Assembly: GCF_004010195.1 (NCBI RefSeq)
Contig: NC_057718.1
Span: 67,893,872-67,957,871 of the forward strand
DNA length: 64,000 nt
DNA from: Chiloscyllium plagiosum
Lineage: Eukaryota
Reading direction: 5' to 3'
This document shows, one piece after another, positions 36,713 through 50,375 of this stretch. The notes beneath the pieces are model-generated. The model was not told the DNA's origin. It saw only the letters and a list, made by a program, of their open reading frames with translations, and ran no database searches. Every line of letters begins with the position of its first letter. Positions within the stretch are counted from its first letter, which is position 1. The translations under genes were made by a program, and so were the position numbers.

Positions 36713-39700
36713 AACCAATAAAGTACTGTTAATTGTAGTCACTGCTGTAATGCAGTTTACAGTAGTCAATAATCAGCTATTGAAATATAAATTCAGTTTT
36801 TAAATGAAAATAAGTTTATTGACACTTGCATTTTCTTTCATGTAATTAAAATGGAAATGACTGAAATACCAATAACTTAGTGGCACGCTACAGAACATAG
36901 AGCATATTAGTGCTCCATGTAACTGAAATGTGATAATAGGTAGTATGGCTTCATGTAATTATGCATGAGGGTTTATGTTTGAGCTGAAGGGAGGATAAAG
37001 GAAGTGTACTAGAATTCCACTATTCTGATTATAATGCTACTTCAAAAAAATACTATTGTTAAGTGTCTTAATTTAGTTGGTGACAGTGTATTCCTCTGCC
37101 ATCCACTGGATAATCTGAGAATTGCAGTGCAAACCCATCATTGTTTTCCAGGTTGTCCCTCCCTTGAACATGCAGCTGTGGAAGAAATATTTTAGTCGAG
37201 TTGCCAAGCATGGACCTTGACACGTGCATATAATTTTCAAAGTGCTAATGCCATTTCTTTCTATAAAAGCTCTTTATTTGAATTCAACCAAAAATTGACT
37301 TTTCTCATTGAATAAATATGGCAATATTGAACTTTGAAAATCCTGTAAGCTGCAAGGCATTTTCTTTCTTCTTTAAAAAAAAGCCTTATCAAAAGGCTAA
37401 TCAGGTGAATATTGTCAGTGCAAATTTAAAACAAAGTCACATGGCTTTGGTTAAAAAAATTGCTTGAGACCAGTCAGAACCAGGTGTTGACTTCCAGTAT
37501 TCCAGAGAATAAAGCTAATATTTTGAGCACAGATGCAAATAAGACTGTTGAGAAGTAGCTGTTGTTCGAGGGCTGCTTTTTTCTCTCCTCCTCCTTCCCC
37601 ATGTGAGCAGACTATCACTTTGTGTCAGCAGTTTGTGTACTACATAGTTAATGAAGGCAGCAGTTCAGCACCTTACGTTAACAGAATGTCGATTACAAGA
37701 TTTATTTGGGAAAAGGATCTAAAGGACAGTATTAACCTGACACCTTTGGGCTGGATTGAAGTACCTATTCCTCTCCCCTTCTTAGGAGCAAAATAGGTTT
37801 TACTCCATTTCATTTGTTTAACAAGTGTGAAATCCTTTTCAGGGATAAACCTGCTTTAAAAAAAAAGGGTGCAAGCAGCTTGCTCTAAATCATGGTTAAG
37901 AGATGGCTTGTGTGATTTGACACTCAGGTTTTATTCTGCAAGAAGGTTTGTGATTAGTGCAGCTTTTGCTCAATTATGCTGTGATTATTCCAACACACTG
38001 TAATTGACTGGGGAGATATGCTAATACCTGTCATTTGGGATGATAAAGGATGAGTGGAGGCCGCAATGCATTATTTAGCTAGCTGTCTGATAGATGAGAG
38101 ATGTTCAGAGTGCTTTAATTGCTGAGAAGAGGTTAAGCTGAGGGAAAGGATGAATTAGAAATGAGATTTTCTTAATAGAACTGTAGAAAACAAAACTTTC
38201 ATCAATCTGCATGCAATTGGAATTACAAATAAAACCTCCTGCATGGCTGGTCAGATATTAAAGATTGTTCTGCTATGTAAGTGTCAGACACTTGAATTCA
38301 ATAAATTAGGAACCAAATTTAATCAACTTCCTTTCAGTGCAGTGTTACAAATGTTTCTGGGGAACAGAAATGCAGCAACAGCAAATACCATATATGTCAA
38401 GTGTGGAAATGGCATTAAATCATAAACAATTCAAACTGGAACCCATGACAGAAGCCTTATTCAACCTATATCTTAAAGAATTGCTGCTGAACTGTCCCAC
38501 CAGCAAAACCACTTTATATATAATAACATCTAACAATTACGGATTTATTGTTTTGTGTACATTAATTTACTCAAAGCACAATGAAAAATATGTTTTAGAT
38601 ATTTGCACCTTATTTCTTTTTATTAATGCAGTTACTCTCCTATTACTCCAAGTCTCACATTTTGCACAGATCCCTTATATGGACATTTTCTTATGCCAGG
38701 TAATAGTTTAGTAGAAATGATGTTATATTGTTAAGTTTGTTGTGATAGTGTGCAAAATGTGGCTGCCTCTTTATTTTGTCATTCTTCCAAAGTTTTTCTT
38801 CAGAGACTACTATGTTTCACTATACAGTTGAACAGAAATTGTCTACTTTGCAGTATTCATTTTGCATTTCTTGACCTGAAGAGTCATACCCACTATTCAA
38901 ATACAAATAGCTGAACACTTCGAGCTCTGCATCAATTTTCCACTGGCATCAAAACCATGACTCTACCATTAGTCTGTCAAGACTTTCAGATTCTTCTGAT
39001 ATGGCCCACAGACTTAAACATAGATATAAAACGAATCATGAGTGGAGCCTGTACATCTGTAGACTACCTTTCAGTTCCCTGGAGTCATTGGAGAATTTAT
39101 CGAGATTCAGTATCTCAGAGCTTCATCTGCATCTTTGTATGTTTTGACATCTAAAGCCCTGTGCCATTTCTCTCAACTACAGACCACTTCAGTGCTATCA
39201 GACTAACCATCAAAGTTACATTATGCTGTAGCCTAAATTGCTATAACTTAAATAGTGGAAGACGGAAACCATTATTTGGGCCCACTGTAAACTTTAAAGC
39301 CTTGCCCTTTATTTTGTTGCCTTCACTGACCATATGCTCAAGCTGAACCAAACTGTGAAAAATGTTTGGTAGCCTGCTTAATGCAAACCCAGCTTTGCCA
39401 ACAGGTTAGCTCCTTCAATGTTGATTCTTTGTGACCCCTCAATTCTAGTCCAAAGATCTCTTTTATAGTCAACTATCCTGCACAATCTTCAACTTAAGCA
39501 AAGCTTAGTTGCACACTTCTTGACTTGCATTAAATATCCTTAACTATGTTCTGCCCTTGTGGCATCCCATAACTTAAATATTCTCAACTTTAAATTCCTC
39601 ATGCCTTGCCATGTATCAATTTGTGAAATCCCAAATGCCTTCATTCTAACACCTTTTGCAGTTTTGTGGATCTCCTTTTAAACACGTTTTCAAAATCACT

Positions 39701-39904
39701 TTTGATGAAGCTGTAACTCACTCCTCCTTTACTTGGTGCCCATTGCTCAGACGTTTGTAAACATCTGAAGAATTTTTCGACAAAGATAAAGACACTAATA
39801 CAAAAAAGATTTAGTACAACACAGTTAGTTTGATTGTTTATTTTATTTAGACTTACTATATAGTTTCATATATAATGTTTTCAAGAAATGCAATATAATA
39901 ATGA

Positions 39905-40092
39905 GGTTGGGTGAATTGGCCATGCTAAATTGCCCATAGTGTTCAAGGATGTGTAGGTTAGGCGCATTAGTTAGCGGTAAATGTAGAATAATATTCCCAT
40001 CCGAAAGAGACTGGGTCTTGTTGGGTTACTCTTCGTCGGGTCGGTGTGGACTTTTTGGGCCAAGTAGCCAGTCTCCACACTAGGGATTCTAT
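39905..40092 (+). mobile_element. 5'-truncated HE1-like SINE
   Basis: gtgaattggccatgctaaattgcccatagtg core and tail. Confidence 0.85.
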
Positions 40093-40907
40093 TCCATGAT
40101 AATATTCAATGTGAGTGTTCATTATTTATTTAATATTTAGTGCAGAAGCAATCTACCAGGGTGATTTCAGGAATGAGGGTAGTTTGAAGAAGTTAGGGTA
40201 ATTCTTCTTGCAGAGGTTAAGGCTGAGAGTAGATTTGATTGAAGCTTTGAAAATCATGAGCAGGTTGGAGAGAGTAGATAGGGAGAAGCTGTTCCTATTC
40301 ATTAAAAAAAACGGAACAAGAATGAAGGGCATTGAGTTCAAATGCAAAGAACAGAGGCTGATGTGAGAGAAAAAAATGTTTTACTCCACAGGTTGTTAGG
40401 GTATGGAATGCACTACAGCAAATGTTTTATTAACTGGTATCTGTGGGTCCAGGCATGTACTGGCGGATGAAGAGTTCCATCTAATCAATGTAAAAACACA
40501 CACTAAGTAATAGAAATATAATGCAGGGGGCATAGAAATCACTGTTATACTTCATTTACAGCATACATCAATTAAGTAATAATGCAAAATTTCCTTAAAT
40601 AAAACTTAGCTGCAGAGAGCTTTCTCACTCGCACCCTCAGCTGACTCTGACATCGTGATTCAGTTATATAATTTTTTTGTCAATTAGTTGAGTGTGCTGG
40701 TTCAAATGGTAACTGGAAGTGCAGTGGTGGGGCAGACTTAATTGAGACATTCAAGACTGCATTGGTTAACTATTTGGATAAAAATAGTTTGCTAGGATAT
40801 GGGGAAAAGCAGGAGGTTGACAGTAGAAAATGATGCTTGTTTGATAGCCGGTGCAGGCACAATGAGCTGTATGACCTTCTGCTCTGTTATATGAATAATG
40901 AACCTAC

Positions 40908-41107
40908 ATAGTTATATATAAAAGTCAACATTTAGATGTTGCATTTTATGTACTTGCTCATTCGTGAATGATCTTGATTTCGATGGCCGAAGGGCCTGTT
41001 TCCACACTGTAAGTAATCTAATCTAATCTAATAGTTATATATAAAAGTCAACATTTAGATGTTGCATTTTATGTACTTGCTCATTCGTGAATGATCTTGA
41101 TTTCGAT
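40908..41107 (+). repeat. Perfect 77-bp direct duplication flanking a 46-bp SINE/LINE tail
   Basis: 40908-40984 = 41031-41107; insert ggccgaagggcctgtttccacactgtaagtaatctaatctaatcta. Confidence 0.92.
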
Positions 41108-41406
41108 AAATACATGCCCTCTCTGATTCCCTGCTTTCAATCTAGCAAACTGATTCCCCTCCTTCCAATCAGTGACTAGCAATCATTCTCTTCCTTTCTA
41201 AGAGGTAACAAAGTAAGTTAGCCGCACTTATTTGCGGTTTTCCTAATGTTAACAAATTCAAAGGGATAACATTCATGAACATTTAAACGTGTAAGTTAAT
41301 TACGAATAACAAACAGAAATATGTGAAGGACAGATTATACCTAACTAACTTAATCAAATTCTTCAGGGATATTAACACACATAGAAACAAAGGAAGTATA
41401 AGATGC

Positions 41407-42334
41407 TGAAGCCTCCCCGAGAGCTTCAGTGGGTAAGGGAGGACTCCCTACTGGAGTCTACTCGACTTTCCCTGAGATTGTTCAATTGCCTGGAATAAAA
41501 TTCTTACAAGCAGTCCATTAAAGGTTTAACACATTTATTTAAACATTTACTACTGTATCACAGTTACAGAGTAACAAGACACCAAGCCCTAGTCTAGGTA
41601 GAAGTTCTAAAACCTCATTAGAGTAGCAGTACCGACACTTGCCAACCACATGCTCTCTGACTACTCCGAAAATGGCAGTCTCAATCTTTAGTATTTATAT
41701 AGTTTTTGCCCACTAAACATGTCAATCAAACTCCTGCTGATGAACATGATGCCCTCTCCATATTCCTGTTGTGCTTGTGATGAACTTGTTAGTCTTTTGT
41801 TACTAGGTTCACAAGAATATGGAATTTTGTTACATTACTAGAATAGCGATAATGAAACTGCCCTTGTACTGACTCGGGTGATGACATTAAGTGTTGATAT
41901 CCTTTAAAGTTTGGTCACATACTCATCACGTCATGTCCTTGTTTAAACCTGATTACTGACTGTTTTTTATGTCTTAAAGCCATTCCTCATTGTTTTCCAC
42001 CTCACATGTTTGGTCAGTAGACTCTTTATTCAAATTCCCATTGTTTTTCCTCGTAGGTACTTTAAGTTTGAAGTGATCTGTCAAAGGCTTTTGTTCCTCC
42101 TTAATGACTAATTTTTAAGTTTCGTAGCTGTTTAAACTTGTTCTTGTACAGAGCTGGACTTCCTGCTTTTTCCAGCAAAGCTATCTTTCTTAATACTTTT
42201 CCTTCTGCTTTATTTCTAACATTCTTTGGTTTCTTTAATTCTATGCTTTCTCTCCGTGTCATTTCTCAAAGAGAAATGTTGTATTTTGACGTAGGGCACG
42301 ATACAGTCGGAATGTAACCTTGGGGATATTCTCA
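41407..42334 (-). mobile_element. Probable solo LTR (~930 bp)
   Basis: TG...CA ends; flanks atgc/atcc; minus-strand TATATAAA (41694-41701) upstream of AATAAA (41534-41539); interrupts an old CR1 RT remnant (TNLIKFF before, gcagaagctttt after). Confidence 0.6.
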
Positions 42335-43384
42335 ATCCAAAAAAAATATGTTTTGCAGAAGCTTTTCATCAGGATATTGTGCAAGAAAACAATTCAAGAA
42401 GATAACCGAAATTTATACTACATGAGGGGAGAGTGCTGATTGTTTGATTGGCAAATGGACACTGATAGAGGCATTGCTGTGGAGAATGCTTCCAGTAATG
42501 CCGATTGGCAGTTTGCCAAGCTTGCTGTACTGCCAATGACTATTTGTATATCATTGAGATATGCATTGAGATATTTATTCCTCTCCATATATCTTGCATA
42601 TTTGGATTTAGAGAGGAAAAAATATTGATACTAAATTAAGGAAATTGACAGACAGCTGCATAGCAAATGCAGATCATTGTTGTTCATTCTGGAGAAATTC
42701 TGAACAAATGCATTCTGAATGACATAGTTGAACATCGAGATTATGTATGCAGGTCAATAGAATTTTAAAAGCATAATTGTAAATAGATTAGAATAAAGGT
42801 CCAAATATGATTCTGGACTTCATACACAGCAGCGTTACGTACAAAAGCACAAAAAGTATTTAGTATGTTTATGGATTTAAAGTTGTGCCTGTCGTTTAAG
42901 GTTCACAAGAATATGGAACCATGATAAACTGCAACTCACATTTATTTGGTATATGGCTCAGGTAACAATCCAGCGATTGTTTGCTTTGAGGTTCTTCATT
43001 TTAATTGAATTCCTCAAACTCTTTTAGCAAAATATTCCTAGTTCTATCTATATTGCTGTTTCCCACATGAACTATGTAACCAGATTCCTCCCCTACATTT
43101 TCTTTTCTCCTGTAAGGCAATTTCTTTGTATTACTTGTCTGATGTAAGTATTAATGTTCAGAATTCTTGTTTGTGACCATGCAGACGGTCTGTGTTCCCC
43201 TAAGCTATCATGTCTCCTAACCTTACTTTCCTTATCTCCCACTCCTCCACTCAAATGGCTTTCTGCATCATGATGCTACGGTCAAATGTTGATCAACACT
43301 GGCATCCATATTCTGCCCGATAATTGTCAAGTACCTTGTGCTTGTTGGTCACAATCTCCAGTATCGCTGTGGAGAGAAACCATC

Positions 43385-43730
43385 TTTTTTTTAAAATGTG
43401 GGTGTTGCTGGCTGGGCTGGCATTTATTGCTTATTGCTAATTGTGCAGAGGGTAGTTGAAAGTAAACCACATTGCTGTGGGTCTGGTATCACATATAGAC
43501 CAGATCAGGTAAGGATGGCAGATTTCCTTTCCTAAAGGACATTCGTGAACCAGATAGACTTTTACAGCAATCACCATTGATTATATGGTTGTCATTAGAT
43601 TAGCTTTTTATCCTAAATTTTCTCTGCATTCAAATTTAATCACATGGTGCGATTCAAACCCATGTTCTCAGGACATTAGCCGGGGTTGTGGATTATTTGT
43701 CCAGTGCCATTACCACTATGCCACTGCCTG
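43385..43730 (-). mobile_element. tRNA-derived SINE with 3' tail shared with the 24110-25520 LINE family
   Basis: Head ggcagtggcatagtggtaat...gggtttgaatc; tail caataaatgccagcccagccagcaacacccacat. Confidence 0.7.
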
Positions 43731-44039
43731 CCCTTACTTCTAAAGTCTGCCCAGTCTAAAGCCAGTGACTGTTGGGATAACGTGTTCAAGTAACTCTCTC
43801 CCTTTCTGATTCTCCTCAGTGTCTGTAGAGCTTACCACTGATTTAGTTTTCTGGGATGGCGACATTCTGCCAAAAATTGCATGTATTGCAGTTAAGTACA
43901 GTGTCAGCACTGTCATGCTTGTCTGAACTAGTTTACTGGAGTAGTTCATTTTTCTTTGTATAGTAAAGTAATAGCACGTTTCAGTTTCCTAACCGAAGAG
44001 AGAAGAAAAACATCTACCAGTCACTCAAAGGTACGTGTT

Positions 44040-45040
44040 CAAGATGGAAGTTCTTGAAGTTTGAGTTACTACATGAACATGGATGCTTGATTGCTTAACA
44101 GCTAGGAAGCAAAGTAGAGATGAATGAGCATTTCAGTTTGAAAATTCTGTAGCTGGTAGAGTATTACAAAATTTGATTGGAGTCTTAACTAATTACATCT
44201 ATATTGACAACTTCAATGATGAAAACAAGTGTTACGTATTTAAATTTGCTAATAAAATACAGGCTAGCAGTGTAAGCTATGAGGATACAGCAAAGATATT
44301 TAAGCAAGCTAAAAAGAACAAACTAGCAGCTATAGTATAATGTGGAAAATGGGAGGTTATTTAGGTTATTCAGTTTGGTTGAAAGAATAGAAAATCAAAA
44401 TATCTTTTAAAAATATGCAATTTCTATATGTTGATGTCTGGAGAGACAATGGTGTACTTATATAAAGTCAGGAGTCACACCACACCAGGTTATAGTCCAA
44501 CAGGCTTGCTTGAAATCACAAGCTTTTTGATCGCTGCTCCTTCATAGGTGAAGTCACTTTACTTGATCCTCAGCCGGAAACATCGAGTCTCCGTTCCTTG
44601 GACCTGCCTGACCTGCTGCGCTTTTCCAGCAGCGTACACTCTCGACTCTAATCTCCAGCACCTGCAGTCCTCACTTTATCCGATACTGCCTAGATGTTGA
44701 GTTTCAATGAAATGTACAGGATTTCGAATGTTCTTGGCAGGGTGGACTCAGTGGTTGTTTTTCCTAACTGGGAAACCTGCAACTTGGGGATATTGCTTCT
44801 TTCAGGCTAAATGACTAATTATTTAGGACAGCGAGGTGAATGAATTTGTTTACTTTTTGGAATTCTCAATGGCAAAGGATTATGCATCTCCATCATTGAA
44901 CATATTCGTGGCTGAGACAGACAATTTCTTTTGGTTTTCCAAGAAATCAATGTAAAATTGGAGTTGAAGGTCAACCAAGGTTGTACTGCATGGTAGTGCA
45001 CAGCAATGTGAGCTATTTTTACTCTTTGTTTTTATGTTCA
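44040..45040 (+). mobile_element. Old CR1 remnant containing two PLE-tail fragments (~44468-44680)
   Basis: Degenerate FKFANK motif; PLE tails of both ACGT and AGCT families. Confidence 0.6.
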
Positions 45041-47589
45041 GGAAAAGGATGCAGGTACATATTGTGGTTTCTTTGGTCTCCTTCATGGTAAATTTCTCAA
45101 GGTCTTGCTTAATCAGTGTCAGGCACAACCTAAAAATTGATTGGTCTATGCTAACTACAAGAAAACAATGAAGCAATTCTCCCTATGTATATATGTCCCA
45201 CATATTTCTGTGCCAAATACTTTACTCCTCCTAATCCTGAAATCTCCTCCAAATCAGGACACAATTTTGTGCTGCTGAAATTTAAATGGCAAAATGTGTT
45301 CTGATCATTGATCTATTCACAGCTTCAGAAAAATCAAAAAAAGTAAAGGTTTCAGCGTTCAGAAATCAGCTGACCTGTTAGTCTTGACATTGAGCTTGTA
45401 CGTCCTCTCAGCCTGTGCTGCGGCTGTACTCCCTGTGCATAGTTCAGTCGCAATGCAATCAGATCATCTTGTGAATGCAACTTCAATCATAACCTAGATA
45501 AGCACCTTCGCATTTTATTTTGTTGGATGCCATTCTACTGCATTCCCACCCAAACTTCAGATTTGATCTGTCCCTGAACTACTTGTATTTTCTCATCTCA
45601 AACCCACTTAGCTCCTCCAGCTTTCCCCATATCATTGCTTGATCCTGCAGTCAACAAAAAATCCAACCAAGCTGTCATGCAAGACCATGCTGTGAACCCA
45701 TATCTCCCTGCCATGTATGAAAGCATAGTGATCCAGCCAAACCATTATTTGCATTTCAGTCTGCTATCTTGCATGACGTGCAGTATTGTGAAGTAAAACC
45801 AGATTCCGTAGAAATGAATTGATGAGGACTAAAAGCAAGATTTTCCACATTTATTGGAATAACCAAGACAATGGAGTCTCCCTTTTGACGCAGCGCTGGA
45901 TTTGCTGGAAATGAAAAAGGAAACTGAATCAGCTGGCAGAGGATTGACTTGATGCTTGTAAGCAAGAGATTGGTGCTAGTGATTGGTGTTTGTTGGGTCA
46001 GTCAGAAGATCAGAATAGAGGGTGATAAGGATCAATTGGGAGATCAGGATGGAATGTTGTGACAGCGAGTGGGGTGGTCATAAGATCAGAGCTCGAAGGG
46101 GAGGGTAATCAGGTGATCTAGACTTGCCAAGGAGGAGAAATTGAAGACACAGATGACTGAAATTTGGAGGTTGATGAAAATTTAACAAAGCAGAGATGGA
46201 GACACCGAAGGGGATAAGTTGCGAGTGTAGGGGTTTGAGGTAGGGAACCGACCAAATCAGTAGATGGAGTTCGGACAATTGAAATGGGATCGGGGGAGAT
46301 TGGGGCTCAGGTGGGGACTAAGTGAGGGTTGGGCATAGAGTCCAGCATTTTCTACAGTCCTGGATGAAACTGCAACATGGTGAATAGGAACAATACACAG
46401 TGGGAAGCCACATCTATAAGGATAAATGTAACCTGATAGCTACCATTTGCTTATTTTAACACTGCTTTTGCTGCTTGGCTAATGGAGATGAAGTGTGCAG
46501 AAATTGAGGATTCTCTGCAAACATTTCTATATGCCTTTCCCACACATTGAGGAGCAAGATAAATGAAGGCCAAGTACAGGCTCCTGCTCCTTCTCACATT
46601 GCAGAGGGGAAAGGGATAAAGCCTACCATTCCTTCACAGCTTTAAAACTGTCCCTTTTGAGCTGTGCAGTTTAAATCATCTGACGTCTGGAAGATGAGTT
46701 GGTGTTAGTTGTGCATGCTCTACCTAATTTTTCTATTTTGTGTAGATGGATCTTTCATTAATTTCAGACAGTCACAGTTAGAGCAGTGAGGATAATATAT
46801 AGTTGTACGATATATAGTGGTACAAATTGAATTTAAAACATTGCCGCACAATCAAATCCAGGACATTGCATCCAGAAATTGCTGTGCATTACAAAACATT
46901 TTAAACCTAAGAAGCACACAGAAAACAGTTTCTATTCCAATCATCAGATTGCCACTCTATTCTTACATTTTTACTCAATTACGGAGCTCCACGTCTCTGG
47001 TTGGAACTTCCAAACTTGGCCTTCTCGGAAAGGCACAGTGGTCTTTGGTCAGATTACTACTTGTAATTCTTTCTCATCGGGGGTTGACAAGCCAAGTCCC
47101 CTTTTAATGGCACCAACTGACATGTTTTGGTTTAGTTCTCACTCATTAGCACATTGAAAAGCTTTGGGGCATTAAAGTACCTTCTTAATATTTTAATGAA
47201 TGGTTGCAAGTGAGGTAACTATAGGATAGTAAGGTTGAATCAGGGAGTCAGAGGTTTGAGAGATACGGAGGTGAAGGCACGGGTCAGAGGGTCTGGGGAA
47301 TGGGTCAGGCGGTCAGGAAGGAATCAAAGGGTCAGGTTTTGAGTTATATAGTTGCCCAGGAGTTTTGATCTCTCCCGAGTCTAATTTAGAGTTAGATGTT
47401 TTGCACAATGTCTCAGAGCTGGAAAATGGTCCATCAGAAGTTTCAACTAGTTGGGTAATTCCCACAGATTTGGTGAGAGGTTACGACCTGTATCATTCCC
47501 TGGCCTCTGATCATGGTGTGGACTTGTTGGGTCGAGAGGCCTGTTTCCACACGGATTCTGTTCTTCTATTCTCCTCATGGACAGCCCCT

Positions 47590-47760
47590 TAGAATTGAGA
47601 CAAATTGCTGAAGAAATTCAGGTCTTGCAGCATCTGTAAAGAGAAAAGCAGAGTTAATGTTCTGAGTCCAGTGTCCCTTCTTCGGTTCTGATGCTGTCCA
47701 ACAAGCTGAATTTCTCCAGCAATTTCTGTTTCTTTCAGATTTCCGGCATTTGCGGATCTT
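47590..47760. mobile_element. Decayed fold-back PLE tail
   Basis: aaattgctgaagaaattcag inverted to ctgaatttctccagcaattt. Confidence 0.65.
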
Positions 47761-47779
47761 GATATTATTGCTTTAAAAT

Positions 47780-48396
47780 TGATGTGGAGATGCCTGTGTT
47801 GGACAAAATTAAAAATCACACAATGCCAGGTTATAGTCCAACAGGTGTACATGGAAGTTCGGGCTTTCAGAGTAGGAATTTATAAAACGTCACATGGATT
47901 GACTGCTTACAAGTGGTGAGGTTGTCTCTCTCTTTTTCTATTTCTCTCTCTCTCTCTCTCTCTCATGCACGCGCGCACACAAGTGTATGGGGCAAAATTG
48001 TGTTTGCAGATACATCCTGTTGTGTTCAAAAAGCACACAATCTATAGGTAGTCAATCCAGGTGACATTTTATAAATTTCTGCTTTGGAAATAGAACCAAT
48101 CTGACTCAAGATTGAAATATAGTCAGATTCGAACTCACATCTTTAATGCATTGTCTGAGCTGAGATGTCACTTTTTTTAATAAAACCTTTAGTTTTCTAA
48201 AAGATGAAAGACTTAACAGCAATCTAGTATGTTCAACATATTAAATCAGTTGAATGACACTGATCTTTTGCTATAAATTCTGTGTCCTTTGATCCTGCCC
48301 CACATAGCTACTGATGAAGGAGCAGCACTCTGAAAGCTTGTACTTCCAAACAAAACTGTTGGAACATAACCTGGCGTCGTGATTTTTAACTTTGTC
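47780..48396. mobile_element. Fold-back PLE pLTR element (AGCT family) with internal (TC)n/(CA)n
   Basis: Inverted tail 47780-47875; CTGATGAaGGAGcagcaCTCTGAAAGCTT from 48311. Confidence 0.75.
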
Positions 48397-48399
48397 CTT

Positions 48400-48650
48400 T
48401 AGAATTCAGGATGCTTGCTTCCACTCCAGTTTAATGGGTTCTGACATGGCTGATAAATCCATTGTACAAACTGCAGACTCTGCCATGTGTGAGGCAGATG
48501 ATGCTTGGAAGATTGGTAGTTGCATTGTTTGGAGGTTGTGCATTTCCGATGAACTTCCTGATGTATTTTGTGCCTTCTTGGATGAGTTTGCCATTTTCGT
48601 CTGTCGTAAGCCAATAGAGTTAGGGCCACCCAGGTTGATAGAGTTATCAA
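48400..48650 (-). mobile_element. RTE-type LINE 3' end remnant
   Basis: LAYDRRKW and, in another frame, ICLTHGRVCSLYNGFISHVRTH* (decayed C2H2-like C-terminus). Confidence 0.7.
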
Positions 48651-48661
48651 GAAGCCGTATG

Positions 48662-49473
48662 GTCATAGAGGTGTACAGCATGGAAACAGACCCTTCGGTC
48701 TAACCCGTCCATGCCAACCAGATATCCCAACCCAATCTAGTCCCACCTGCCAGCACCCGGCCCATGTCCCTCCAAACCCTTCCTATTCATATACCCATCC
48801 AAATGCCTCTTAAATGTTGCAATTGCACAAGCCTGCACCACATCCTCTGGCAGCGCATTCCATATACGTACCACCCTCTGCGTGTAAAAATTGCCCCTTA
48901 GGTCCCTTTTATATCGTACCCCTCTCACCCTAAACCTATGCCCTCTAGCTCTGGACTCCCCAACCCCAGGGAAAAGACTTTGTCTATTTACCTTATCCAT
49001 GCCCCTCATAATTTTGTAAAGCTCTATAAGGTCACCCCTCAGCCTCCGACGCTGCAGAGAAAACAGCCCCAGCCTGTTCAGCCTCTCCCTGTAGCTCAAA
49101 TCCTCCAACCCTGGCAACATCCTTGTAAATCTTTTCTGAGCCCTTTCAAGTTTCACAACATCTTTCCGATAGGGAGGAGACCAGAATTGCACGCAATATC
49201 CAACAGTGGCCTAACCACTTTCAAGGAGCTCTGAATCTGTACTCAAAGATCTCTTTGTTCAGCAACACTCCCTAGGACCTTACCATTAAGTGTATAAGTC
49301 CTGCTAAGATTTGCTTTCCCAAAATGCAGCACCTCACATTTATCTGAATTAAACTCCATCTGCCACTTCTCATCCCATTGGCCCATCTGGGCCCATCTGG
49401 TCCAGATCCTGTTGTAATCTGAGGTAACCCTCTTCGCTGTCCACTACACCTCCAATTTTGGTGTCATCTGCAA
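48662..49473 (-). mobile_element. CR1 3' fragment (fairly young)
   Basis: 151-aa open frame QFWSPPYRKDVVKLERAQKRFTRMLPG...; FADDTK at ~49470. Confidence 0.93.
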
Positions 49474-49474
49474 T

Positions 49475-50375
49475 GTGTTGACTTTTATATAGTCATAGAA
49501 TCCCTACAGTGTGGAAACAGACCCTTCGGTCCAACAAGTCCACACCGATCTTGCAAAGAATATCCCACCCAGACCCATTCCCCTACCCTATTACTCTACA
49601 TCTCCCCTGACAAATGCACCTAACCTGCACATCCCTAGATACTAGGGGCAATTTAGCTTGACCAATTCACCTGACATGTGCATCTTTGGACTGTGAGAGG
49701 AAACCAGAACACCCAGAGGAAACCTATGCAGACACGGGGAGAATGTGCAAACTCCACATACACAGTCACCCGAGGCTGGGTTCGAACCTGGGTCCTCAGT
49801 GCTAATGACTAAGCCACTGTGCTGCCCATTGGTAGAGGGATTAAGTTTCAGAGCCATGAGGTCATGTTGCAGCTGTACAGAACTCTGGTGACACCATACT
49901 TGGACTATTGTGCAAAGTTCTGGTCACCGCATTATGGGAAGGATGTGGAAGTATTGGAAAGGGTGCAGAGGAGATTTACCTGGTATGGAGGGAAGGTTTA
50001 ATGAGGAAAGGCTAAGAGAAGATGATTAAGAGGTGACTTGATAGGGGCATACAACATGATCAGAGGATTAGATGGGGTGGACAGTGAGAGTCTTTTTCCT
50101 CATGTGATGGCGAGCACGAGGGGACATAGCTAGAAATTGCGGGGTGGTAGAAAGATGTCAGAGGTAGGTTCTTTACTCAGAATAGTAGGGCGTGGAATGC
50201 ACTGCCTGCAACAATAGTGCGCTCACCAACTTTAAGGGCATTTAAGTAGTCATTGGATAAACATTTGGATGATAATAGAGTAGTGTAGGTTGGATGGGCT
50301 TTAGATTGGTTTCACAGGTCGGCGCAACATCGAGGGCTGATGGGCCTGTACTGCACTGGAATGTTCTATGTTCTG
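49475..50375 (+). mobile_element. CR1 3' fragment (same subfamily as 10828-13410)
   Basis: IGRGIKFQSHEVMLQLYRTLV; shared 3' UTR. Confidence 0.9.
49491..49827 (-). mobile_element. HE1-like SINE inserted in CR1
   Basis: B box ggttcgaaccc; HE1 core; CR1 sequence on both sides. Confidence 0.9.
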
